The position numbers and the translations under genes were made by a program. The notes below the pieces were generated by a model. It saw only the letters and a program-made list of their open reading frames with translations, did no database searches and was not told the DNA's origin. Below, in pieces: positions 48,195 through 56,742 of a stretch of DNA of 64,000 nucleotides. Source of the stretch: Bacteroidales bacterium. Its GTDB lineage: Bacteria > Bacteroidota > Bacteroidia > Bacteroidales > VadinHA17. The stretch is from positions 188 through 64,187 of the forward strand of contig DATKUS010000156.1 in the NCBI GenBank assembly GCA_035530535.1, given 5' to 3'. Position 1 is the first letter of the stretch, and the number at the start of each line of letters is the position of its first letter.

Positions 48195-49400
48195 ATGGTA
48201 AATCAGAAGAAAATCAAAGGTGTGATCGGCATCCTTACAGGCGGTGGTGATGTTCCTGGTCTTAACCCTGCAATCAGGGCTGTGACAATCAGGGCAAACA
48301 GGGAAGGGTACAAGGTTATAGGCCTGAGAAGAGGCTGGGGAGGAATTGTTGAAATCATCAGGGATCCAAAGGCGGATAACAGCGAGTGCTTTCAGCTGCT
48401 GACAGATGATATCGTCAACAAATCAGGCAGGACCGGAGGTACATTCCTGCACACCTCACGCACCAGGCCAAGCCATGTGCCGAAAGAATCTGTCCCTGAT
48501 CATTTGAAGGACACTTACAAGGACGAAATGAATGACCTTACACCTGAGGTGATCAAAAACCTTGAGTGGCTGGGCATTGATTTCCTTATACCTATTGGCG
48601 GTGATGACACACTCAGTTATGGTGTTCATCTCTATAAGCAAGGCGTAAAGGTGGTTGCCATTCCCAAAACCATGGACAACGACGTGCCCGGAACAGATTA
48701 TTGCATCGGGTTCAGCACATGTGTCACAAGGACTATCCAGATGACGAACAGCTTACGTACTTCTGCCGGTTCGCATGAACGGCTTATGGTTCTCGAAGTC
48801 TTCGGACGCTATGCCGGATTTACCGCTATGCTTCCGACGATGGCTGGGTCAGCTAACAGGTGCGTAATACCTGAATATAAATATGATATTGAACTCCTGG
48901 CAAAGCTGCTTGTTGAAGACCGCAATTCAAACCCGAGCAAATATGCCGTGGTGCTTGTTTCTGAGGGCTCCCTCTTCCGCGGCGGAGAGATGATTTTTGA
49001 AAATGCCGAGAAAGATGCATACGGACATTCAAAACTGGGAGGCATTGGAGACCTGGTCTCTGCTGAACTGAAAAATCTCTCAGCCAAATTCAACAAGGGA
49101 AAAACCATTAATGTAATCAACCAGAAACTTGGTTATATGGTAAGGGGCGGTGACCCTGACGCTGTTGACTCTATTGTTCCCATGGCTTACGGAAACCTTG
49201 CCCTTGACCTGATAATGAAAGGAATACACGGAAGGGTTGTGGTTCTCAAGAACGGTCGGTATGACAATGTTCCTATTGACGTTGTAACCTCATCCAAGAA
49301 AGTGGTCAAGGTCTCTGAATATTATAATATTGAACGGTTAAGACCCTATTATTCGAACTTTGAGATGAAGCCATTCTTCCTTATGGCGGCTGAATATTAA
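48195..49400 (+). CDS. 6-phosphofructokinase, probably pyrophosphate-dependent type
   Basis: GILTGGGDVPGLNPAIR, GGDDT and PKTMDND motifs. Asp and Lys sit at the two positions that are Gly in ATP-dependent PFKs. Confidence 0.85.
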   Translation: MVNQKKIKGVIGILTGGGDVPGLNPAIRAVTIRANREGYKVIGLRRGWGGIVEIIRDPKADNSECFQLLTDDIVNKSGRTGGTFLHTSRTRPSHVPKESVPDHLKDTYKDEMNDLTPEVIKNLEWLGIDFLIPIGGDDTLSYGVHLYKQGVKVVAIPKTMDNDVPGTDYCIGFSTCVTRTIQMTNSLRTSAGSHERLMVLEVFGRYAGFTAMLPTMAGSANRCVIPEYKYDIELLAKLLVEDRNSNPSKYAVVLVSEGSLFRGGEMIFENAEKDAYGHSKLGGIGDLVSAELKNLSAKFNKGKTINVINQKLGYMVRGGDPDAVDSIVPMAYGNLALDLIMKGIHGRVVVLKNGRYDNVPIDVVTSSKKVVKVSEYYNIERLRPYYSNFEMKPFFLMAAEY

Positions 49401-49426
49401 AAACTTTGTTAGTCGCGCAGTTAAGA

Positions 49427-49462
49427 AGTGATATCAGGGCTGAACCCGATATCACTTTTTTT
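49427..49462 (+). terminator. rho-independent terminator after pfk
   Basis: Perfect 9-bp stem AGTGATATC / GATATCACT (49427-49435 and 49448-49456), extendable with GGG/CCC, followed by T7. Confidence 0.75.
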
Positions 49463-49491
49463 ATTCTATTTTTGTCCCAAAAGTTATGTGA

Positions 49492-50406
49492 TTGAAGCAG
49501 GGGATAGTCATTAAATCAACTGGAAGCCGTTATAAAGTACTTGATGCTGATGGTATAACGCATGACTGTGTCATTAAGGGCAAATTCAGGGTTAAAGGTA
49601 TCAGGACCACTAGTCCTGTTGCTGTGGGAGACAATGTCTCATTTGATGATCGTGAAGGCATTATAACTATTATTACTCCACGGCGCAACTACATAATACG
49701 CCGGGCTTCCAATCTCTCAAAAGAATCTCAGATCATTGCGGCAAACCTTGACCAGGCGTTTATCATGATAAGCTTGAAAATGCCTGAAACACCGGTGGAG
49801 TTCATTGACCGTTTCCTCGCCACTGCGGAGGCTTACCGGATCCCGGCCTCACTCATTATCAACAAGTCGGACCTGTATGACGCCGGGGAACAGGCTGCTG
49901 CGGAAAAGCTCCGTAGCGTCTACTCCGGGATAGGATATGAGGCATATATAGTCTCAGTGGAAAAGAATGAAAACCTGGATGTTGTCCGAAAAGTGATGAG
50001 CGGACGCACAAATCTTATTGCAGGCAATTCGGGAGTTGGCAAGAGCTCCTTTCTCAACCGGCTTAATCCTTCACTGAAGCTGAAGACAGGCATAATATCA
50101 GAGTATCATGAACAGGGGAAGCACATGACAACATTCCCTGAAATGCATCCGTTGCCCGGTGGAGGCTTTGTTATTGACACACCTGGAATAAGGGGTTTTG
50201 GAGTGATTGATTTCGCCCGCGAGGAGATATACCATTTTTTTCCTGAGATATTCAGAATATCTTCAGGGTGCAGGTTTCATAACTGCCTGCATTTCAATGA
50301 GCCTGACTGTGCAGTGCGCGGGGCTGTTTCAAAAAATGACATCGAACCGTGGCGTTACAGAAGCTATATCAGCATGTTGCTTGAAGACAGCGCGAAATAC
50401 AGATAA
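49492..50406 (+). CDS. rsgA: ribosome small-subunit-dependent GTPase A
   Basis: Circularly permuted GTPase (NKSDL, then GNSGVGKSS, then DTPG) with a C-terminal zinc motif CRFHNCLHFNEPDCAV. TTG start. Confidence 0.9.
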   Translation: MKQGIVIKSTGSRYKVLDADGITHDCVIKGKFRVKGIRTTSPVAVGDNVSFDDREGIITIITPRRNYIIRRASNLSKESQIIAANLDQAFIMISLKMPETPVEFIDRFLATAEAYRIPASLIINKSDLYDAGEQAAAEKLRSVYSGIGYEAYIVSVEKNENLDVVRKVMSGRTNLIAGNSGVGKSSFLNRLNPSLKLKTGIISEYHEQGKHMTTFPEMHPLPGGGFVIDTPGIRGFGVIDFAREEIYHFFPEIFRISSGCRFHNCLHFNEPDCAVRGAVSKNDIEPWRYRSYISMLLEDSAKYR

Positions 50407-50438
50407 TACCTTATTTTTACACCCAAATACAGTCCCGG

Positions 50439-53258
50439 ATGAAAAAGATAACCATTATTGCCTATGCCGCCTTCGTGCTGATAATGGTGATTAACATAAT
50501 TTTTTACAGGAGCCTCTACCTGAACCAGGTGGAGTATTCCATTAAAATGATTGACAGGCAGGTTAGAATAGTAGGCTCTGACATTGATAATACGAGCATG
50601 TATATTATAAGCGACCTCACTGAGATCGATTTTTCTGATGACATCTCCCTCTTCTTTACTGATAAAAATGTCAATGAACGCGCAAGGGAGAAAATAAAAC
50701 TGTACTATTTCAAATATGAGGATGTCATCGTAAGCCTTATGCTTTTCAACAGTGCAGGAGATGTATATACACTGTTCAAGGATGAAGAGAAAAACACGTG
50801 GATTGATGGCTCTTACAGGGCACAGACACTGCCGGAGATAGCTGACCATGAAAAACTAGAGGCGGAAAGGGATAAATACAAATATTATCTACCAGTCATT
50901 CACGATGGGAAAGTCCTGGGCAATTTTGTGATTACAATTGACATTACCCGGTATTTTTCCCGCGTTCTTGCAAAATATAACCTGGAACAGTACCAGTGGC
51001 AGTGGCTGATAAATGACACAGGGGTTGTTGTTTATGATAACCATGCCGGGGCAGTACAATATTCAGAAGTTAGGAAAATAAATGACCAGCTGAATGATGG
51101 CGTTTCAGGCAGAATTATGCATGAAGCAAGGACAGGTGGAAAATCCATCGGGGTTCTCTCTGCTTTTTACCCGGTAAGCATTCTGGGAATGGATTACGGA
51201 CTTGTATTTTCAGCACCCACCGACTTCTTCCAGAAGTATATTATTCGCAATGCCCTTATTATGGGCCTGCTAACGGTGGGCGTTATCTTTTTTATTATCT
51301 CCCTCTACACCTCTCACTTCAGGAAACAAAAGAAGCAGTTTAGAGAAATAAAAGATTCCGAATCTACTCTTGTCAGCATCATTGACCAGATGCCTGTCGG
51401 GATTATTGTATATAACCAGTATCGGGAGATCCTGAAGGCAAACAAACATGCAGCAATCCTTTTTTCATATGAGGATGAGCGGCAGATGACCGGGAAACTT
51501 GTTCCGGACCTCTCTGGAAATGAATATGCCAGCGATTTTAACGGGCAGTTCGGACAGGGTAAAATTATCAGGCTGGGAGGGGCCGGCGGTGAACGGATTG
51601 TCTTTCGCAATAATATTTCGCTCAGCTTCAATGGCGAAGATGCCACTCTCGATGTGTTTATCGATGTCACGGCACTTGAGTCTGCCCGCAAACAGGAAGC
51701 GGAAGCCAATATTTCCAAGTCTGAACTCCTGGCCCGGATGAGCTTTGAAATAAGGACCCCTCTCAATGGTATCATAGGAATGACGGAGATACTCAGCCGT
51801 GCAGGACTGCCCGAGGAGTCAACCGAGATCGCCAAATTGATCAGACGCTCGGCAGACCTGCTTCTGAATATCATCAATGACATCTTCGATGTCTCAAAGG
51901 TCGAGACAGGTAAGATGATACTTGATGATATACCGTTTAAACTGAGAGAGGAGGTTGCCTATTGTATGAACCTGGTCAAGCGCGAGAACCCGGAATCCCC
52001 CGTCAGGTTTAAATCTGAAATTGAGCCGGGAGTGCCGGATAATCTGATTGGAGACCCATACCGGCTGAGGCAGGTGATCACCAACCTGCTCTATAACTCA
52101 CTCTCCAGCACCCAGACCGGCGAAATACAGTGCAGCTGCTCCGTTGCTGAAACAAGCAGGAATGTTCTTAAACTTGCTTTTGTGCTCACTGACACGGGCA
52201 GGACTTATACAAAAGCCGAGATAAAAAAACTCTTCGGTGACTATATAACAGGACGCTCCGGCCGTGCCGAATGGTCTGAGGAGCTTAAGCTGGGGCCCAT
52301 TCTGGCACGCCATCTTGTTGAGCTGATGGGCGGTGAAATTATCGCCTCAAGTCCGGCAGGGAAAGATGCCTCAGGACATGGAAAAGGTCTGAAAGTGTTG
52401 TTTATTATTACAGTTCACCTGAATGAAAAAATAATCAAAGCAACCGACCTGAGCAGGTACAAAAGGATAAGTGATATCCGTACCCTGGCAATTACCGGAG
52501 TCGAAGGCCGGGATGACGACTTCCTGAACGTGGTTCACAGGCTTGGGCTTCCTGTATCGGTGACCAGCTTCCAGAAACGTACTGTCTCTCAGATCAATTC
52601 GGACAGGGTGAACAATCCTGACAGATATATTCTTCTCATTATATTCGATGAGCCTGATTCCGACGGGTTTGCAGTGGCGGAAGCCCTCCACGCCGCTAAA
52701 CTGGCAGAAGAATATGTTATCCTGATGTTTACTTCCAATGATCCGAAAGGACATTATTCCCGCTGCGTGGATATGGGTGTTGACCATCTCCTTGTCAAGC
52801 CTTTTGCCAGTGAGGATCTTCTGAACATCCTGAAAGATCATTTCCCCGCACTTAAAGGAGACATCACCTCCAGCACCTCAAAGGATAAAAACGCCTTACC
52901 CTCAGTCCTCGTTGTGGATGACAATTACCTGAACAGAAAAGTTGTGGGGTCTTTGCTGAAGGTGCTCGGGATTATGGCAGAATTTGCCGAGAGCGGAAAG
53001 GAGGCTGTTGAAAAAGCACTGGAAAAGCCCTATGACCTGATATTTATGGATCTCATCATGCCTGAGATTGACGGATTTGAGGCCACCCGCAGCATTCTTG
53101 ATTTTGAAAAGAGCTCCGTAATTGTTGCGCTCTCAGCAGACAATATGCCTGAGACCAAGGCGAAGGTTGAGCAGTCAGGAATGAAGGAGCTGCTTTCAAA
53201 ACCTGTCTCTGTGGATGATCTTAGAAGGGTTATTGAGAGGTACCCTAAGGAATCCTGA
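50439..53258 (+). CDS. hybrid sensor kinase-like protein / response regulator with a degenerate kinase core
   Basis: N-terminal TM helix, periplasmic sensor region, second TM helix, PAS-like region, HisKA-like helix (MSFEIRTPLNGIIG), HATPase_c-like domain, atypical receiver, then a canonical receiver (VLVVDDN..IFMDLIMP..ALSA..LSKP). Confidence 0.8.
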   Translation: MKKITIIAYAAFVLIMVINIIFYRSLYLNQVEYSIKMIDRQVRIVGSDIDNTSMYIISDLTEIDFSDDISLFFTDKNVNERAREKIKLYYFKYEDVIVSLMLFNSAGDVYTLFKDEEKNTWIDGSYRAQTLPEIADHEKLEAERDKYKYYLPVIHDGKVLGNFVITIDITRYFSRVLAKYNLEQYQWQWLINDTGVVVYDNHAGAVQYSEVRKINDQLNDGVSGRIMHEARTGGKSIGVLSAFYPVSILGMDYGLVFSAPTDFFQKYIIRNALIMGLLTVGVIFFIISLYTSHFRKQKKQFREIKDSESTLVSIIDQMPVGIIVYNQYREILKANKHAAILFSYEDERQMTGKLVPDLSGNEYASDFNGQFGQGKIIRLGGAGGERIVFRNNISLSFNGEDATLDVFIDVTALESARKQEAEANISKSELLARMSFEIRTPLNGIIGMTEILSRAGLPEESTEIAKLIRRSADLLLNIINDIFDVSKVETGKMILDDIPFKLREEVAYCMNLVKRENPESPVRFKSEIEPGVPDNLIGDPYRLRQVITNLLYNSLSSTQTGEIQCSCSVAETSRNVLKLAFVLTDTGRTYTKAEIKKLFGDYITGRSGRAEWSEELKLGPILARHLVELMGGEIIASSPAGKDASGHGKGLKVLFIITVHLNEKIIKATDLSRYKRISDIRTLAITGVEGRDDDFLNVVHRLGLPVSVTSFQKRTVSQINSDRVNNPDRYILLIIFDEPDSDGFAVAEALHAAKLAEEYVILMFTSNDPKGHYSRCVDMGVDHLLVKPFASEDLLNILKDHFPALKGDITSSTSKDKNALPSVLVVDDNYLNRKVVGSLLKVLGIMAEFAESGKEAVEKALEKPYDLIFMDLIMPEIDGFEATRSILDFEKSSVIVALSADNMPETKAKVEQSGMKELLSKPVSVDDLRRVIERYPKES

Positions 53259-53261
53259 CCT

Positions 53262-54299
53262 ATGGCTGACGCTGTAAAAAAACTACCCGCTGACGAATTT
53301 CTGAAGTTTGCTGAAGAGCTTCCCGTGATTGACGTCAGATCTCCCGGGGAATACTCATATGGTCATATTCCGGGGGCAGTAAACATACCGCTGTTTGATG
53401 ACGGGCAACGTGCGGAGGTGGGAACCATCTATAAACAGGAAGGCTCTCTGAAAGCCGTTTTGAGAGGCATAGACCTTGCTGCTCCGGAAATGTCCCTTAA
53501 ATTAAAGAGTGCTCTGAGCCTGACTTCTGATGGCCGTCTGCTGGTTCACTGCTGGAGAGGAGGGATGCGTTCAGAAGCAATTGCATGGCTCTTTTCCCTG
53601 GGAGGCATCAACCCGCTTATCCTTGAAGGCGGATACAAGGCTTACCGTAAATTTATCCTTGATGAACTGGGGAAGCCACGCCGATATACTCTTCTTGGCG
53701 GTCTTACAGGAAGCGGCAAGACTCATATCCTGCATCATATGGCCCTGGCAAACAATCAGGTGACTGACCTGGAAGGCCTCGCATGCCACAGGGGCTCTGC
53801 CTTCGGGGCTCTCGGACAACCTGCCCAGCCTTCTTCGGAGCATTTTGCCAACCTCCTTTATGCCAGCCTTTACGAAAAGAATCCGGAGAATATTATATGG
53901 CTTGAGGACGAGAGCCGTAACATAGGCACGGTCTTTATGCCTGACAACTTTTATAACCGGATGCAGGAATCTCACGTTATAGCCCTTATGATGAGCATAG
54001 ATACTCGCATGCCACGGCTGCTTGCAGAATATTCCGCCTTCCCTGCTGAATTTATCCTGGCTTCGGTTTTAAAGATATCCAAACGGCTGGGAGGAGACAG
54101 GACGAAAGAGGCAGTGGCGGCTGTCGAACGCAAAGACTTTTCGACCGCAATCCGCATTACCCTTGAGTATTATGACAGGGCATACAGCTATAGCCTTTCA
54201 AAACGCAAAAGCGGACAGGTCATTTATATTGAGACCGATACGGATGATATAGATGTAAATGCAGGAAGGGTGCTGGCAGCTGCCGCAAACGTAAAATAA
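53262..54299 (+). CDS. mnmH: tRNA 2-selenouridine synthase
   Basis: Rhodanese domain with HCWRGGMRS and P-loop GLTGSGKT; 345 aa. Confidence 0.85.
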   Translation: MADAVKKLPADEFLKFAEELPVIDVRSPGEYSYGHIPGAVNIPLFDDGQRAEVGTIYKQEGSLKAVLRGIDLAAPEMSLKLKSALSLTSDGRLLVHCWRGGMRSEAIAWLFSLGGINPLILEGGYKAYRKFILDELGKPRRYTLLGGLTGSGKTHILHHMALANNQVTDLEGLACHRGSAFGALGQPAQPSSEHFANLLYASLYEKNPENIIWLEDESRNIGTVFMPDNFYNRMQESHVIALMMSIDTRMPRLLAEYSAFPAEFILASVLKISKRLGGDRTKEAVAAVERKDFSTAIRITLEYYDRAYSYSLSKRKSGQVIYIETDTDDIDVNAGRVLAAAANVK

Positions 54300-54302
54300 G
54301 AA

Positions 54303-55580
54303 CTATTTTTTTCTTATTTCTGAGGCTTCCACCCACCTGTAAACCTTATCGGCACGCCTGACCAGGGATGACAGCTGTAAAGAACAGAGAGCGCCTTTTA
54401 CTGCCGATTCCACTTCTATTGCATCCTCATTGCGCAATTCGTTTACGGTGTGCTCAATAACTCCCGTAGTGGGCCCGGTGAAGATAATGACATCCCCCTT
54501 TTTCAGTTCTCCGGTCTCAAGCTTTATCTCAGCTACGTTCAGCTTTTTGAAATAGTTGGTGACCTTTCCAAGGTATAACCGTCTCCTGGTTGCTGCTGAA
54601 CCATATGTAGTGCTCCATTCCCCAAGTTTCTGACCGAGATAGTACCCATCCCAGAATCCCCTGTTGAACACCGACGACAGACGTTTCGTCCACAGGGTGA
54701 CCTTTTCTTCACTGAACGTGCCGTCCGCCGTTGAAGCAGCGGCTTCTCCGTAGCATTCAGAAACTGTTTTTACGTACTCCGGAGCGCGGGCCCTTCCCTC
54801 AATTTTCAGTACTCTTGCCCCGGAGGCAATTATCTGATCAAGAAAACTTATAGTGCAGAGGTCTTTGGGGGACATGATATATTCATTGTCAATTTCCAGT
54901 TGATATCCGGTCTCCTTTTCAGTGACAGTATAGCCTTTTCGGCACGTCTGGTAACAGTTGCCCCTGTTGGCTGAGGCATTGTTCTCATGGAGACTGAGGT
55001 AGCACTTCCCGGATATTGCCATGCAAAGGGCTCCGTGAACAAACATTTCGAGCTTCATCAGACCGCCGCCGGGGCCACATATGTTATCACGCACTATCGT
55101 TTCATATATACTCCTTACCTGTGGAAGATTAAGCTCCCTGGATAACACTGCAACATCAGCCCACCGGGAATAAAATCTTAGTGCCTCAGAGTTTGATATA
55201 TTAAGCTGTGTTGAAAGATGCACTTCCATGCCCTCATCCCTGGCGGCCATAATGGCTGACTGGTCCGTGGCTATTATGGCAGTTATGCCTGCATCTTTTG
55301 AGGCCCTTATGATCTGCCTCATCACCGCAGCTTCATCATCAAAGACAACGACATTAAGGGTGAGATAGCTCCTGAGGCCGTTGTCATTACATATTTTTGC
55401 GATCTCAGGTAGGTCTTCAATGGTGAAGTTGCTTGAAGAACGCGCCCTCATGTTAAGCTTTTCAACTCCGAAATAAACCGAATCTGCCCCCCCCAGTATT
55501 GCTGCCCGCAATGATTCCCACGAACCGGCAGGGGCCATTATCTCAATATCACTTCTTTTCATCGGACGCAAAGATAACAA
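54303..55580 (-). CDS. U32 family peptidase
   Basis: EIMAPAGS, E.FVHGALC.A.SG.C and P.EY motifs typical of peptidase U32. Confidence 0.8.
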   Translation of the reverse strand: MLSLRPMKRSDIEIMAPAGSWESLRAAILGGADSVYFGVEKLNMRARSSSNFTIEDLPEIAKICNDNGLRSYLTLNVVVFDDEAAVMRQIIRASKDAGITAIIATDQSAIMAARDEGMEVHLSTQLNISNSEALRFYSRWADVAVLSRELNLPQVRSIYETIVRDNICGPGGGLMKLEMFVHGALCMAISGKCYLSLHENNASANRGNCYQTCRKGYTVTEKETGYQLEIDNEYIMSPKDLCTISFLDQIIASGARVLKIEGRARAPEYVKTVSECYGEAAASTADGTFSEEKVTLWTKRLSSVFNRGFWDGYYLGQKLGEWSTTYGSAATRRRLYLGKVTNYFKKLNVAEIKLETGELKKGDVIIFTGPTTGVIEHTVNELRNEDAIEVESAVKGALCSLQLSSLVRRADKVYRWVEASEIRKK

Positions 55581-55583
55581 TGC

Positions 55584-56738
55584 TCAATGTTTTTTCAGGG
55601 CCACTCTCATTATGGTTCCTTTTCCGGGTTCGGAAAGACGAACGAATATTTTCCCCTTATGGTACTCTTCTATGATTCTTTTCGAAAGGGAAAGCCCCAG
55701 GCCCCATCCGCGTTCACGGGTTGAATAACCTGGCTTGAAAATAGTTTTGAAATCCTTTTTAGGGATTCCTTTGCCTGTGTCTTCCACATCAATGAACATT
55801 TCATTTCCGGATTCAGAAAGCCTTATCACAATGTCTCCCCGGCCTTTCATGGCATCGGTGGCGTTCTTGACAAGGTTTTCGATCACCCAGCCGAACAACA
55901 CCGCATTGACAGGCAGAACAGATCGTCTCTCTGTATCATTAATTACACTCATGTCAACGGTTGAAGCGATCCTTTTTCTCAGGTATCCCACAGAATTTTC
56001 AATCAGCTGCATCAGATCCGTTGGTTGTAATTTCGTCTTGGATCCAATAAGTGAAAAACGCTCTGCCACCCTGCCAAGCCTCTCTACATCAGCCGATAAC
56101 TCTGCCGCAATGTCTGTTTCAGGATAGCGTGATCTAAGGATCTCAACCCATGCTGATAAAGAAGAGGTAGGTGTTCCGAGCTGATGAGCCGTCTCTCGTG
56201 ATAGCCCTACCCATACCTGGTTCTGTTCAGCCTCACGAGAAGCGCTGAAAGCGACATATGCTACTGCAATGAAGAGCAATATAACTGCCAGCTGGACATA
56301 GGGAAAGACAGTCAGTTGTCTGAGCAGGGAGCTCTCGCGAAAGAAGATAAATTGTTCAACGCCGTTGCCCAGATCGATAATGATGGGATCATTCCTGTTG
56401 CTCATTCGCTCCAGCTCATGCCTGAGTGCCATAGCGTCATTTGAAGCAGAATGTCCAAGATTATTGTATGAGAGAATATTCATCTCGTCATCCGTAAGTA
56501 TGATGGGAACGGTTTTATTCTCCTCAATGATGCTGAACAAAAAGCCGAAATCTTCAGTGTTTCCTTCCATTCCCACCAGCCTTCTTGTTGCTTCTGCCCA
56601 CAACTCGGCCTTCTTCTTCTCCTCAATCTTCAGCTTGTCAACCAGGTCACTCGTGTAAAAGAGGGATCCAAAACCGATAATCACCGCAAAAAGCAGGAGC
56701 AGGATCTTCCAGACCAGTCTCTTACGGTAAATATCCAT
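55584..56738 (-). CDS. sensor histidine kinase (intact core)
   Basis: Two TM helices, H-box ETAHQLGTPTSSL, N-box ENLVKNATDAM, G1 DTGKGI and G2 GWGLGLSL. Confidence 0.85.
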   Translation of the reverse strand: MDIYRKRLVWKILLLLFAVIIGFGSLFYTSDLVDKLKIEEKKKAELWAEATRRLVGMEGNTEDFGFLFSIIEENKTVPIILTDDEMNILSYNNLGHSASNDAMALRHELERMSNRNDPIIIDLGNGVEQFIFFRESSLLRQLTVFPYVQLAVILLFIAVAYVAFSASREAEQNQVWVGLSRETAHQLGTPTSSLSAWVEILRSRYPETDIAAELSADVERLGRVAERFSLIGSKTKLQPTDLMQLIENSVGYLRKRIASTVDMSVINDTERRSVLPVNAVLFGWVIENLVKNATDAMKGRGDIVIRLSESGNEMFIDVEDTGKGIPKKDFKTIFKPGYSTRERGWGLGLSLSKRIIEEYHKGKIFVRLSEPGKGTIMRVALKKH

Positions 56739-56742
56739 TGCA

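Noticed and set aside
51314-51883. Long antisense ORFs inside large genes (also 6939-7406, 7378-7842, 50364-50849, 31105-31554, 669-1079)
   Set aside because: These are shadow ORFs opposite well-supported coding sequences. Their composition is low-complexity and Ser/Leu/Arg-rich, they carry no recognisable motifs, and they have no promoter or start-codon context of their own.
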